DNA of 60,641 bases from Clostridia bacterium (GTDB taxonomy: Bacteria; Bacillota; Clostridia; Oscillospirales; CAG-272), in contig JAFTZI010000189.1 of the NCBI GenBank assembly GCA_017461055.1, positions 1-60,641 on the forward strand, in the 5' to 3' direction. The notes under the pieces are model-generated. The model saw only the letters and a program-made list of their open reading frames with translations. It searched no databases and had not been told where the DNA came from. Positions within the stretch are counted from its first letter, which is position 1; each line of letters starts with the position of its first letter. The position numbers were made by a program, and so were the translations under genes. Below are positions 39,099 through 47,605 of the stretch, piece by piece.

Positions 39099-39293
39099 AT
39101 GAAAAACATCAAACTGATAGTAGCACGGGCTGAAATGCAAATGAGTCAAACCGACTTAGCGGAAGAGATAGGCGTTACAAGACAGACAATATCATTAATA
39201 GAAAAAGGTGAATATAATCCAACCCTGAAGCTTTGCACAGCGATTTGTAAAGCACTTGGCAAAACCTTAAACGATATATTTTGGGAGGCATAA
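39099..39293 (+). CDS. Small XRE-family HTH transcriptional regulator
   Basis: 64 aa. MSQTDLAEEIGVTRQTISLIEKGEYNPTLKL is a Cro/C1 HTH. Start at ATG 39099 after GGGAGGAG. Confidence 0.85.
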   Translation: MKNIKLIVARAEMQMSQTDLAEEIGVTRQTISLIEKGEYNPTLKLCTAICKALGKTLNDIFWEA

Positions 39294-39294
39294 A

Positions 39295-39780
39295 ATGAAA
39301 AATAATATTCAGGATGAAAGAGTCATAAGCGAAGGCTTAAAGGCTTACAAGGTTAGCTTTTACGTCCTTTGTATAGGCATATTTTTTGATTTGATTATCA
39401 AGTTTAATTTGTACAGCTTTAACGAAAGTACATTGGAAACAGCTTTAGCCTTTCTTATTGAAGCTCTGTTGCTTGTAACGGTATTTTACTTAAACATTTT
39501 TATTCTCGCAAGTAAGGGCATAGCTCCCTTTATTTCTGATGTGAATTTAGACAAATTTCCAAAGAAACGATATGCTTTAATTTCCGGAATTATAGGTGGA
39601 GTAATTTCGGTAGGACTTTGGACAATCCGTTTTTGTACAGGCTCTTGGGAATACGGTCTTGCAGGCGCAATTTTATTTTGCACTATAATTTACATTTTCA
39701 CCTTTGTCATAGCGTTCGCAATTCTTTTTGTTAGCTTTTATGCATCTTTTAAAATTGCGAAGAAAAAACAAGTCGAATAA
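39295..39780 (+). CDS. Four-TM membrane protein partnered with the small XRE regulator
   Basis: Starts 1 nt after the regulator stop. About 4 TM helices. No family recognised with confidence. Confidence 0.65.
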   Translation: MKNNIQDERVISEGLKAYKVSFYVLCIGIFFDLIIKFNLYSFNESTLETALAFLIEALLLVTVFYLNIFILASKGIAPFISDVNLDKFPKKRYALISGIIGGVISVGLWTIRFCTGSWEYGLAGAILFCTIIYIFTFVIAFAILFVSFYASFKIAKKKQVE

Positions 39781-39849
39781 AAACAAAAATGAGTGCCGCA
39801 GTATGAACCAAAAATTATTTTTGGCGCATAACCAAGCACTCTTTTTATG

Positions 39850-40329
39850 TTAAAATTTCCCGCCTATATCACTCAATCCCTCAAAATTCTTTTGACGTAA
39901 GTATTCATATGCGGCAATGGCGGCAGAATTGGATTGGTTAAGCGAGCGTAACCCTTCCTTCATAGGAATTCTTATGCAATTACCCTGGTACTTTTCAAGC
40001 AAATCCTCAGGCAAGCCACAGCTTTCCCTGCCGAAGAAAAAGAAGGGGTTTTCACCATAGCATACATCAGTATGTCTTTTTGATGCCTTTTTTGTAAAAA
40101 GATAAAATTCAATATTTGGATTTTTATCGAAAAAATCGTCTATGCTATCATAGTAGAAAATTTCTAAATGGAACCAATAATCCATGCCTGCGCGCTTAAG
40201 CTTTGCATTATTAATTTCAAAGCCAAATGGCTTTATCATATGTAATCTGGCACCGGTAGCTGCGCATGTGCGAGCAATATTGCCTGTGTTTTGCGGTATT
40301 TCAGGCTCAAGTAAAACTAAATTTAACAT
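39850..40329 (-). CDS. trmL: tRNA (cytidine/uridine-34-2'-O)-methyltransferase TrmL (SpoU family)
   Basis: 159 aa. LEPEIPQNTGNIARTCAATG N-terminus and the C-terminal SAM knot motif SLNQSNSAAIAAYE. Confidence 0.88.
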   Translation of the reverse strand: MLNLVLLEPEIPQNTGNIARTCAATGARLHMIKPFGFEINNAKLKRAGMDYWFHLEIFYYDSIDDFFDKNPNIEFYLFTKKASKRHTDVCYGENPFFFFGRESCGLPEDLLEKYQGNCIRIPMKEGLRSLNQSNSAAIAAYEYLRQKNFEGLSDIGGKF

Positions 40330-40499
40330 AACAACTCCCTAATTTGAGATTTAATACATTTTACTACTGTTTTCAAGTAAAATCAATGGCTAAATTTAAA
40401 AGAAATGATAAAATTTAAAATATCTATGGAAATTTCAAAGAAATTATAGTATAATGTATCTTGTATTACTATGGAAGGAAGCCAAAATGGCAAAAAGTA

Positions 40500-43250
40500 A
40501 TGGGAATTTTTTCAAAAATATTCGGTACTTACAGTGACCGTCAAATTAAAAAAATAACTCCAATTGTAGATGAAATAGAAGCATTGTCCGATACATTTGC
40601 AAAAATGTCAGACAGTGAAATGAGAGCTAAAACTGATGAATTTAAGGAAAGGCTAAGCAACGGGGAAACACTTGATGATATTTTGCCGGAAGCATTTGCG
40701 TTAGTTCGTGAGGCAGCCGACAGAGTGTTGGGTAAGCGTCCTTTTAGAGTACAGCTGATGTGCGGTATTCTTTTGCACCAAGGCAGAATAGCAGAAATGA
40801 AAACGGGTGAAGGAAAAACACTCGTTGCTGTTATGCCCTCATATTTGAATGCTCTTAAGGGTGAAGGCGTTCACGTTGTAACAGTTAATGATTATCTTGC
40901 TCGTCTTGGCTGTGAGGAAATGGGTCGTGTACATGAATTCTTAGGACTTACAACAGGACTTGTAATTCACGGTCAAACAAGGGAAGAAAAAATAAAGGCA
41001 TACAATTGCGACATCACTTATGGTACCAATAACGAATTCGGTTTTGACTATCTTCGTGACAATATGGTTATATACAAAAAGGACATGGCTCAAAGAGGTC
41101 ATTCATTTGCTATTGTCGATGAGGTTGACTCTATTCTTATTGATGAAGCAAGAACCCCACTTATAATCTCGGGAGCAGGTCAAAAATCAACCGACCTTTA
41201 TGACAGAGCGGAGGCGTTTGTTTCTAAGCTGAGGAAGTTTGTAATCAAGGAGCTTGACTTAAAGGTTGAGCACGATGATATTCTTGCCGATTATATTGTT
41301 GATGAGAAGGCAAGAAGCACTACTCTTACAAAGTACGGTATAGAAAAGGCAGAGCAATTTTTCGAGATTGAAAATTTGTCAGCACCCGAAAATTCTGAGC
41401 TATATCATCATATTCAACAGGCAATAAAGGCACACGGTATAATGCACCGTGATACTGATTATGTAATTCACGACGGTCAAATAATAATCGTTGATACATT
41501 TACCGGCAGACTTATGCCGGGCAGAAGATATTCCGATGGCTTGCATCAAGCAATTGAAGCCAAGGAAAGGGTTAAGATTCAAAGAGAAAATCGAACAATT
41601 GCAACGATTACCTTCCAAAACTATTTCAGAATGTATAAAAAGCTGTCCGGTATGACAGGAACAGCTCTTTCTGAGGAATCGGAATTTCGTGAAATCTATG
41701 ACCTTGACGTTGTTGTAGTTCCTACTAACAAGCCAATGATTAGGATAGACCACAACGATAGAGTATATAGAAGCTGTCAGGGCAGAGATAAGGCTGTAAT
41801 TGAACAGATTAAGGAATGTCACGCGAAAGGACAACCTGTGCTTATAGGAACTGTTTCAATTGAAAAATCCGAGGCTTTTTCCAAAAAGCTTAAAGGCGCC
41901 GGAATACCTCACACGGTTTTAAACGCAAAATATCACGAAAAAGAAGCGGACATCGTTTCCCAAGCAGGTAAATTTGGCGCAGTTACCATTTCCACAAATA
42001 TGGCAGGACGCGGTACAGATATTATGCTTGGCGGTAATGCTGAGCATCTTGCAAAGACTCAAATGAGAAAGGACGGATATGATGAGGAAACCATTGCTTT
42101 GGCAACAGGTAGCTCACAGTCTGTCAGCGAGGAGATTTTTGCTGCCCGTAAGGTATTCAACGAGCTTTATAACAGGTTCAAAATAGAAATAGAGCCGGAG
42201 GCTGAAAAGGTAAGAGAAGCCGGTGGCTTGTTTATCATCGGTACTGAGCGTCACGAAAGCAGACGTATTGACAATCAGCTAAGAGGCCGTTCGGGACGTC
42301 AGGGCGACCCCGGTGAGTCAAGATTCTTTATCTCACTTGAGGACGATTTAATGCGTTTGTTTGGTGGCGAAAGGGTTATCGGTATTGTTTCAAGACTTGG
42401 TCTTGATGAGGATACCGCTATTGATGTTGGACTTTTATCTAACCAAATTGAAAATGCACAAAAGCGCTTAGAGGGTAGAAACTTTGCAAGAAGAAAGCAT
42501 GTGCTTTCTTATGATGACGTTATGAATCAGCAAAGAAATATTATATACTCTCAGCGTGCAGATGTTCTTAACGGTAATGACTTAAAGCCAAAAATTGAAA
42601 ATATGATAAAATCCTCAATTCGCGATTCTGTGGAAACATATCTTCAAGCATCTAAAGATGCGTGGGAGCTTGATGAGCTTAAAAATAAATATATGGAGCT
42701 TTTATGCACAGCTGAGGATTTTAATGACGATGATATAACAGCTAAGCAAATTCTTGAAGACCTTACAAATCGCGCCTTGAAAATATGGAAAAGCAAGGAT
42801 GAGCTCTTTGGCGAAGAGGGAGCAAGGGAGCTTGAAAGAGTTGTGCTTTTACGCAATGTAGACGAAAAGTGGATGGATCACTTGGAGGCTATGGATGATT
42901 TGCGCGGCAGTATTGGCTTGCAATCTTATGCACAAAGAAACCCTGTTAATGAATATAAGCTTCTCGGAGCAGACCTTTTTGATGATATGATTATTAACAT
43001 TCGTGATGATACAGTTCGCGGAATATTGACAGCTGTTCCAAGAGAAAAGCCAATGCAAAGAGTACAGGTTGTTAAGCCAACCGAAGAGGGCTTTATGAAT
43101 TTTGGACAATCAAACGCTAAAAAGGCTGTAAAGCAGGTTCAACAGCCTATAAGAAACGAACAAAAGATAGGCAGAAACGAGCCATGCCCTTGTGGAAGCG
43201 GTAAAAAATACAAGAAGTGCTGCGGCGCCAACCAAGGTGGAGAAGCATAA
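40500..43250 (+). CDS. secA: Preprotein translocase ATPase SecA
   Basis: MGIFSKIFGTYSDRQIKKI N-terminus, MKTGEGKT Walker A, DEVDSILIDEARTPLIISG, C-terminal zinc motif CPCGSGKKYKKCCG. The track ORF starts 13 codons upstream at TTG, which I consider unlikely. Confidence 0.93.
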   Translation: MGIFSKIFGTYSDRQIKKITPIVDEIEALSDTFAKMSDSEMRAKTDEFKERLSNGETLDDILPEAFALVREAADRVLGKRPFRVQLMCGILLHQGRIAEMKTGEGKTLVAVMPSYLNALKGEGVHVVTVNDYLARLGCEEMGRVHEFLGLTTGLVIHGQTREEKIKAYNCDITYGTNNEFGFDYLRDNMVIYKKDMAQRGHSFAIVDEVDSILIDEARTPLIISGAGQKSTDLYDRAEAFVSKLRKFVIKELDLKVEHDDILADYIVDEKARSTTLTKYGIEKAEQFFEIENLSAPENSELYHHIQQAIKAHGIMHRDTDYVIHDGQIIIVDTFTGRLMPGRRYSDGLHQAIEAKERVKIQRENRTIATITFQNYFRMYKKLSGMTGTALSEESEFREIYDLDVVVVPTNKPMIRIDHNDRVYRSCQGRDKAVIEQIKECHAKGQPVLIGTVSIEKSEAFSKKLKGAGIPHTVLNAKYHEKEADIVSQAGKFGAVTISTNMAGRGTDIMLGGNAEHLAKTQMRKDGYDEETIALATGSSQSVSEEIFAARKVFNELYNRFKIEIEPEAEKVREAGGLFIIGTERHESRRIDNQLRGRSGRQGDPGESRFFISLEDDLMRLFGGERVIGIVSRLGLDEDTAIDVGLLSNQIENAQKRLEGRNFARRKHVLSYDDVMNQQRNIIYSQRADVLNGNDLKPKIENMIKSSIRDSVETYLQASKDAWELDELKNKYMELLCTAEDFNDDDITAKQILEDLTNRALKIWKSKDELFGEEGARELERVVLLRNVDEKWMDHLEAMDDLRGSIGLQSYAQRNPVNEYKLLGADLFDDMIINIRDDTVRGILTAVPREKPMQRVQVVKPTEEGFMNFGQSNAKKAVKQVQQPIRNEQKIGRNEPCPCGSGKKYKKCCGANQGGEA

Positions 43251-43891
43251 TGGGCTTTGGAATATTATTTTTCGCCTGCTTTTTAACCTATTTCGGTGAG
43301 CTTACACCTCTGGCTTCCTATACCTTTGTTATAGGCTCAGCATTGATTTTATACGCATTGTATAAGCTATACGACCAAAATAAGTTTTTCCTTCTGTCTG
43401 CAATCGGAGCATTTTTGTTGCTGCTTGTAAGCATTATAACCGTAATTATGAGTGCTTTCGGAATTAATAATATGCTTTACAGAATAATGGTAAATGTACA
43501 AACATATACATCAGCAGCATTAGTTTTCTTAATGCTTATTGCCATATACTTGCTTGCAAAAGAGGTTGAATTGAGAAAAATTCAGGGCTGGTGTATTGTT
43601 GACGGTATATTTGTATTCATTTATTTAGTGTGCGATTTATCTTCAATGATGATTAAAAGCAACGCTGTGTTTGTAAGGCTTGGCGTTGTATGCTTGGTAG
43701 CGCAAATCCTGTATACCGTATTATTGCTTGTTATTCTTTTCAATTGCTATGCTCGAATTTGTTATGAGGACGACAAGGATATGAAAAAGGAAACAACAGG
43801 AATGCCTGTGTTTGATTTTTTAAACAAAATCTTCAACAAAGTAACCAACAAGAATAAGAATAACTCTCCAAAGGATAAGGGGGACAAATAA
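43250..43891 (+). CDS. Polytopic membrane protein, function unknown
   Basis: Its ATG overlaps the secA stop (TAATG). About 6 TM helices and a Lys/Asn-rich C-terminal tail. Confidence 0.6.
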   Translation: MGFGILFFACFLTYFGELTPLASYTFVIGSALILYALYKLYDQNKFFLLSAIGAFLLLLVSIITVIMSAFGINNMLYRIMVNVQTYTSAALVFLMLIAIYLLAKEVELRKIQGWCIVDGIFVFIYLVCDLSSMMIKSNAVFVRLGVVCLVAQILYTVLLLVILFNCYARICYEDDKDMKKETTGMPVFDFLNKIFNKVTNKNKNNSPKDKGDK

Positions 43892-43892
43892 G

Positions 43893-45215
43893 ATGCTCAA
43901 ATATTTGATATTAGCTTCTGTATTTTGGTTCAACCCCCTTATATCTAACATTGATATTCTACCCGATTTCATAGGCTATTTGCTGTTAATGAAGGCTTTT
44001 TCAAAAGCATCATATCTTAATGATTATGCAGATGATGTTTGTGTAAGCGCTAAAAAAATGTGTATTGTCACAGGTGTTAAGATATTATCAATCTTTATGG
44101 TTTCTTCATTTGATCCGACAATGTCCTTGCTATTGTCCTTTTCATTCGGTATAGTTGAGTGTATTTTCGGAATACCTGTCTTCTTAAAGATATTTTACGC
44201 GCTTTTGCATTTAACCCCTACGGATAACGTTAATGCTCAGAAAAGGGAAGCATCCGTAAAGAGATTTACAATAATTACATTTGTTGCAAGGCACGTTTTT
44301 GCAACACTTCCCGATTTGACAGCGCTTACGTTAAATGATGCATTTACATTGGAAACCGATTATAGCTTTATGCGCTTCAGACCCTTGCTAATAGCATTTG
44401 CTTTTGTTATTTCCCTGGTAATAGGCGTTATTTGGCTTGTGAGATTTATTTCATATCTAAAATGTGCAGTAACTAAAGATATTGATATTAAGCTGAATTA
44501 TGAATATAGCGAAAAAATCAAAAAAAGTCAGTCAATTTTTGAAACTAAGAACAATATTAGAGCAACAATTATAATTTCGGTAGCATCCGTATTCATTTTT
44601 GACTTTAACTGGGCATATACAAATGCAGATATTTTTCAAGATTTTATGCTTCCGGCGGTTACAATTACAACACTTTTGTTTCTTATGCTGAAAAAATCAT
44701 ACAAGCTGAGCAAAATGCTCTTGGTTTTGATTGCTACATTTGCTTTGCAAATTTCCGCAAACATTTTTGAAATTAAAGCAAATGTAAAATATTTCAGCAA
44801 ATACAATTTGGCAAGCGTTTTGAAGGTGTCTGAGGCTGAAAGCTGGTATGCAAACGTAGTTCTTTCTGCTATTTTGTCCGCTATAATGCTAATTGCATCC
44901 TGTGTTATTGTGTGGCTTGCTTTAAAGCAAAATGCAAAATTGAACATACTTAAGCACAAAAGCCTATTTTCGGAAAGCGACATAGATTATTACCTACGCG
45001 AATACGATATGAGAACAAGAAAAAAGACTACTTTGGTAGTAGTATTTTCCGTAATTGCTGCCCTTGTTTCGGTTTTAACAGTTATGTTTAAAGCGTATGC
45101 TGACTGGTTAATTCTTGTCAACTATGTAACGGAAATTCTGTTGATTATTTCATTTATCAGCTCAACTCTTTACATATATGATGAGGTATATAAGAGAATT
45201 TTGATTTTTTCATAA
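43893..45215 (+). CDS. Large polytopic membrane protein, function unknown
   Basis: Starts 1 nt after the previous stop. About 10 TM helices. No motif recognised. Confidence 0.6.
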   Translation: MLKYLILASVFWFNPLISNIDILPDFIGYLLLMKAFSKASYLNDYADDVCVSAKKMCIVTGVKILSIFMVSSFDPTMSLLLSFSFGIVECIFGIPVFLKIFYALLHLTPTDNVNAQKREASVKRFTIITFVARHVFATLPDLTALTLNDAFTLETDYSFMRFRPLLIAFAFVISLVIGVIWLVRFISYLKCAVTKDIDIKLNYEYSEKIKKSQSIFETKNNIRATIIISVASVFIFDFNWAYTNADIFQDFMLPAVTITTLLFLMLKKSYKLSKMLLVLIATFALQISANIFEIKANVKYFSKYNLASVLKVSEAESWYANVVLSAILSAIMLIASCVIVWLALKQNAKLNILKHKSLFSESDIDYYLREYDMRTRKKTTLVVVFSVIAALVSVLTVMFKAYADWLILVNYVTEILLIISFISSTLYIYDEVYKRILIFS

Positions 45216-45236
45216 ATTCATACAAATTTTATACGT

Positions 45237-45267
45237 AAAATGCGGCAAAATTGTCGCATTTTTTTTG
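45237..45267 (+). terminator. Intrinsic terminator after the secA-linked membrane genes
   Basis: AATGCGGC pairs with GTCGCATT, followed by TTTTTTTT. Confidence 0.7.
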
Positions 45268-45277
45268 TGAAAATATA

Positions 45278-45306
45278 TTGTTATTTTAAAATGCCTGTGA
45301 TATAAT
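45278..45306 (+). promoter_or_regulatory. Sigma-A promoter for the MATE gene
   Basis: TTGTTA, 17-nt spacer, TATAAT, with a TG extension (TGA TATAAT). Confidence 0.55.
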
Positions 45307-45342
45307 GCAATACAGTAAAATTTTGTCTTTTTGGAGATATAG

Positions 45343-46725
45343 ATGACACGAAGTGTTGATATGATTAACGGGGGATTGTTCAAAAAGATAATCGTCTTTA
45401 CAATTCCTATAATGCTGCAGGGCTTGCTGCAAAGTATATATAATTCTGCCGACCTTGTGGTTGTAGGACAGTTCGCAGGTGATACCGAGCTTGCTGCGGT
45501 AGGTGCTACTACAAGCATATACAATGTTTTAACGGGACTTTTTATGGGCATTTCCGCAGGTGTTGACGTAATCTCGTCATTTTACTACGGAATGAAGGAT
45601 GAAAAATCCGTTAAAAAGGTTATTGATACAGCGGTTATCGTAGCGCCGATTTTAGGTGTAATTGTTTCAATATTGGGCTTTGCTTTAGCAGGTCCCGTTT
45701 TGACAATTATGAAAACTCCGGCAGGCGGTGTTTTAGAGGGTGCAACTCTGTATTTGCAAGTCCTTATGATAGGCGTGCCGTTTTCAATGCTATATAACTT
45801 CTGCGCCGCAATTTTTAGAACAGCAGGAGAAACAAAAAAGCCTTTTATATATCTTGTAATTTCAGGATTATTAAATGTACTGTTAAACCTTTTGCTTTGC
45901 GCAGTGTTTGATATGGGTGTGGTAGGTGTTGCAGTAGGAACGGTTGTATCGCAAATGGTTTCCGCAATACTTATATTCATTAACCTGTTGACTAATAAGG
46001 GATTGTTTTCGTTTTCCTTCAGATGTATTCAGTTCTCTTGGCATAAGCTAAAAAGAATTGTAGCAATTGGAATCCCTGCAGGACTGCAGAGTGCCGCCTT
46101 TAGCTTGTCAAATGTATTTTTACAGTCAGGTGTTAATACCTTTGGCGACCACGCAATTGCCGGAAGCACAGCAGTTTCAACAGTTGAGGGACTTATGTGG
46201 GTAACTCTTAATTCCTTCCAAAATGCAACAACAACCTTTACAAGCCAAAATGTTGCAGCAGGAAAAATTGACAGGGCGCGTAAAACCTTTAGATATACAC
46301 TCATAATGACTGGCACCTTGGGATTAGTTTTAGGACTTGGTATGTTTTTCTCAAAGGAATGGATAATGGGTATATTTATTACGGATAATCCGGTTGCGGT
46401 TGCATATGGATATCAAAGGCTGAAATACACATTTCCAATATACTTTTTGGCCGGTATAATGGGCATAATGCCGGGTGCTATAAGAGGTCACGGCTCAAGC
46501 TTGCCGCCATCACTGATAACTATCTTTGGTACTTGCGTTATAAGAATAGTTTGGGTGTATACCGTTTTCCAAAGGTTCCACGACTTATCAACCTTGTATT
46601 TGGTTCACCCAATCACCTGGGTTCTTACCATAATAGCACTTACCATCAATTACGTAATTGTTTTAAAAAGGACAATAAAGAAACAAAAAGCAAAAGAACA
46701 GGCGCTGGCAACAAATTCAATATGA
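45343..46725 (+). CDS. MATE family efflux transporter
   Basis: 12 TM helices. The N-terminus LFKKIIVFTIPIMLQGLLQSIYNSADLVVVGQF is typical of NorM/DinF-type MATE proteins. Confidence 0.88.
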   Translation: MTRSVDMINGGLFKKIIVFTIPIMLQGLLQSIYNSADLVVVGQFAGDTELAAVGATTSIYNVLTGLFMGISAGVDVISSFYYGMKDEKSVKKVIDTAVIVAPILGVIVSILGFALAGPVLTIMKTPAGGVLEGATLYLQVLMIGVPFSMLYNFCAAIFRTAGETKKPFIYLVISGLLNVLLNLLLCAVFDMGVVGVAVGTVVSQMVSAILIFINLLTNKGLFSFSFRCIQFSWHKLKRIVAIGIPAGLQSAAFSLSNVFLQSGVNTFGDHAIAGSTAVSTVEGLMWVTLNSFQNATTTFTSQNVAAGKIDRARKTFRYTLIMTGTLGLVLGLGMFFSKEWIMGIFITDNPVAVAYGYQRLKYTFPIYFLAGIMGIMPGAIRGHGSSLPPSLITIFGTCVIRIVWVYTVFQRFHDLSTLYLVHPITWVLTIIALTINYVIVLKRTIKKQKAKEQALATNSI

Positions 46726-46733
46726 AACAAAGA

Positions 46734-46764
46734 CGGTAGACCTTAGAATCTACCGCCTTTTTTA
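46734..46764 (+). terminator. Intrinsic terminator of the MATE gene
   Basis: CGGTAGA pairs with TCTACCG, followed by CCTTTTTT. Confidence 0.7.
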
Positions 46765-46840
46765 CAAAAAACTCATAAATATATCAAGAACCAATCTGTG
46801 CAGTAAGCGCAAATTGGTTCTTTTATAGTTCAAACAATAT

Positions 46841-47281
46841 TTAGTTTTCTTGGCTTTGGTATAGAAAATCAAGAGCTTTCTTGTATTTTTCCTCTCTTCT
46901 TAAAGCAAATTCGTCAACCACATCTAAGCGTGTAGTATCGCTGTTGTGCAACAAATCGGCAATTTTAACCTTTGTGGCAATTGGATTGGTAGAAATTCTC
47001 TTAATATAATCCATATACGGTACATCATTTTCGTGTGTCAATAAAGCTAAAACCTGAACGACTTCCTCCGTAAACCCCATTTTTCTGATATCGTTTAGTG
47101 TAATGTCGGTATCTTCCACAACATCGTGCAAAAGGGCACATACAGTTGATATCTCGTCGTCCATTTGTTCAGCCAAGTGAAATGGGTGAAAAACGTAAGG
47201 AAGCCCTGTTTTGTCAACCTGTTCCTTGTGCGCAGAGAAGCATAGCTGCAATGCTTTTTTGGTTAAAAAAGTGTAAATCAT
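46841..47281 (-). CDS. Small HD-domain (p)ppGpp-hydrolase-like protein (RelA/SpoT hydrolase domain only)
   Basis: AHKEQVDKTGLPYVFHPFHLAE...ALLHDVVEDT matches the SpoT/Mesh1 HD hydrolase signature. Start at ATG 47281 after AGGGGGA. Confidence 0.8.
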   Translation of the reverse strand: MIYTFLTKKALQLCFSAHKEQVDKTGLPYVFHPFHLAEQMDDEISTVCALLHDVVEDTDITLNDIRKMGFTEEVVQVLALLTHENDVPYMDYIKRISTNPIATKVKIADLLHNSDTTRLDVVDEFALRREEKYKKALDFLYQSQEN

Positions 47282-47401
47282 AATAATCCCCCTTGATAGT
47301 AATTTAATTGTATCATAAAAAACGGAAAAACGCAATTACTTTGTATTAAATAGTGTCAAAGTCACAAAGCAACAAAATACCAAAAAATTTTTTACTAATT
47401 A

Positions 47402-47430
47402 TTGACACAGAAGGTATTTTGTGATAGAAT
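47402..47430 (+). promoter_or_regulatory. Sigma-A promoter of the ABC exporter operon
   Basis: TTGACA (47402-47407), 17-nt spacer, TAGAAT (47425-47430), with a TG extension. Confidence 0.65.
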
Positions 47431-47434
47431 TTAT

Positions 47435-47535
47435 TTGCTACACAAACTGCATATTTTTCTCAGTAATGGGAAAATACTTTGTTAAAAAGTGTTTTCTCTC
47501 TTTTCTCGTACCATTACTGAGAGTTTGTGTAGCAA
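47435..47535 (+). promoter_or_regulatory. Long interrupted leader hairpin (13 bp + 12 bp)
   Basis: 47435-47447 pairs with 47523-47535. 47458-47469 pairs with 47511-47522. There is a 10-nt 5' bulge and a 41-nt apical region that contains a further small hairpin. Confidence 0.6.
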
Positions 47536-47554
47536 CAATTGAGGGAGGCATTTT

Positions 47555-47590
47555 TTGGTGCGTTCCTCACGGACGCACTTTTTATTTTAA
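47555..47590 (+). promoter_or_regulatory. Candidate 11-codon leader peptide ORF
   Basis: A near-ideal SD GAGGGAGG (47541-47548) lies 6 nt before TTG 47555 and 9 nt before GTG 47558. The ORF reads (M)VRSSRTHFLF with TAA at 47588-47590 and spans the terminator. Confidence 0.35.
47558..47588 (+). terminator. Leader (attenuator) intrinsic terminator upstream of the ABC exporter genes
   Basis: GTGCGTTC pairs with GGACGCAC (8 bp including one G-U, 5-nt loop), followed by TTTTTATTTT. It lies 18 nt before the ABC start codon. Confidence 0.6.
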
Positions 47591-47605
47591 TTGAAGGGAG
47601 AAAAA

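Noticed and set aside
39781-39849. Nested hairpins between the XRE-partner membrane gene and trmL (GAGTGC...GCACTC enclosing CCAAAAA-TTA-TTTTTGG)
   Set aside because: They are most simply a bidirectional terminator for convergent genes. The stems are short and AT-rich, so I did not call precise features.
47466-47594. 42-codon ORF (MGKYFVKKCFLSF...) running through the whole ABC-exporter leader, reminiscent of a long BmrB-like leader peptide
   Set aside because: Its ATG is buried in the 5' arm of the long hairpin and has no purine-rich SD upstream (TTTTTCTCAGTA). The 11-codon ORF with the GAGGGAGG SD is the better leader-peptide candidate. I keep this one only as an alternative to test.
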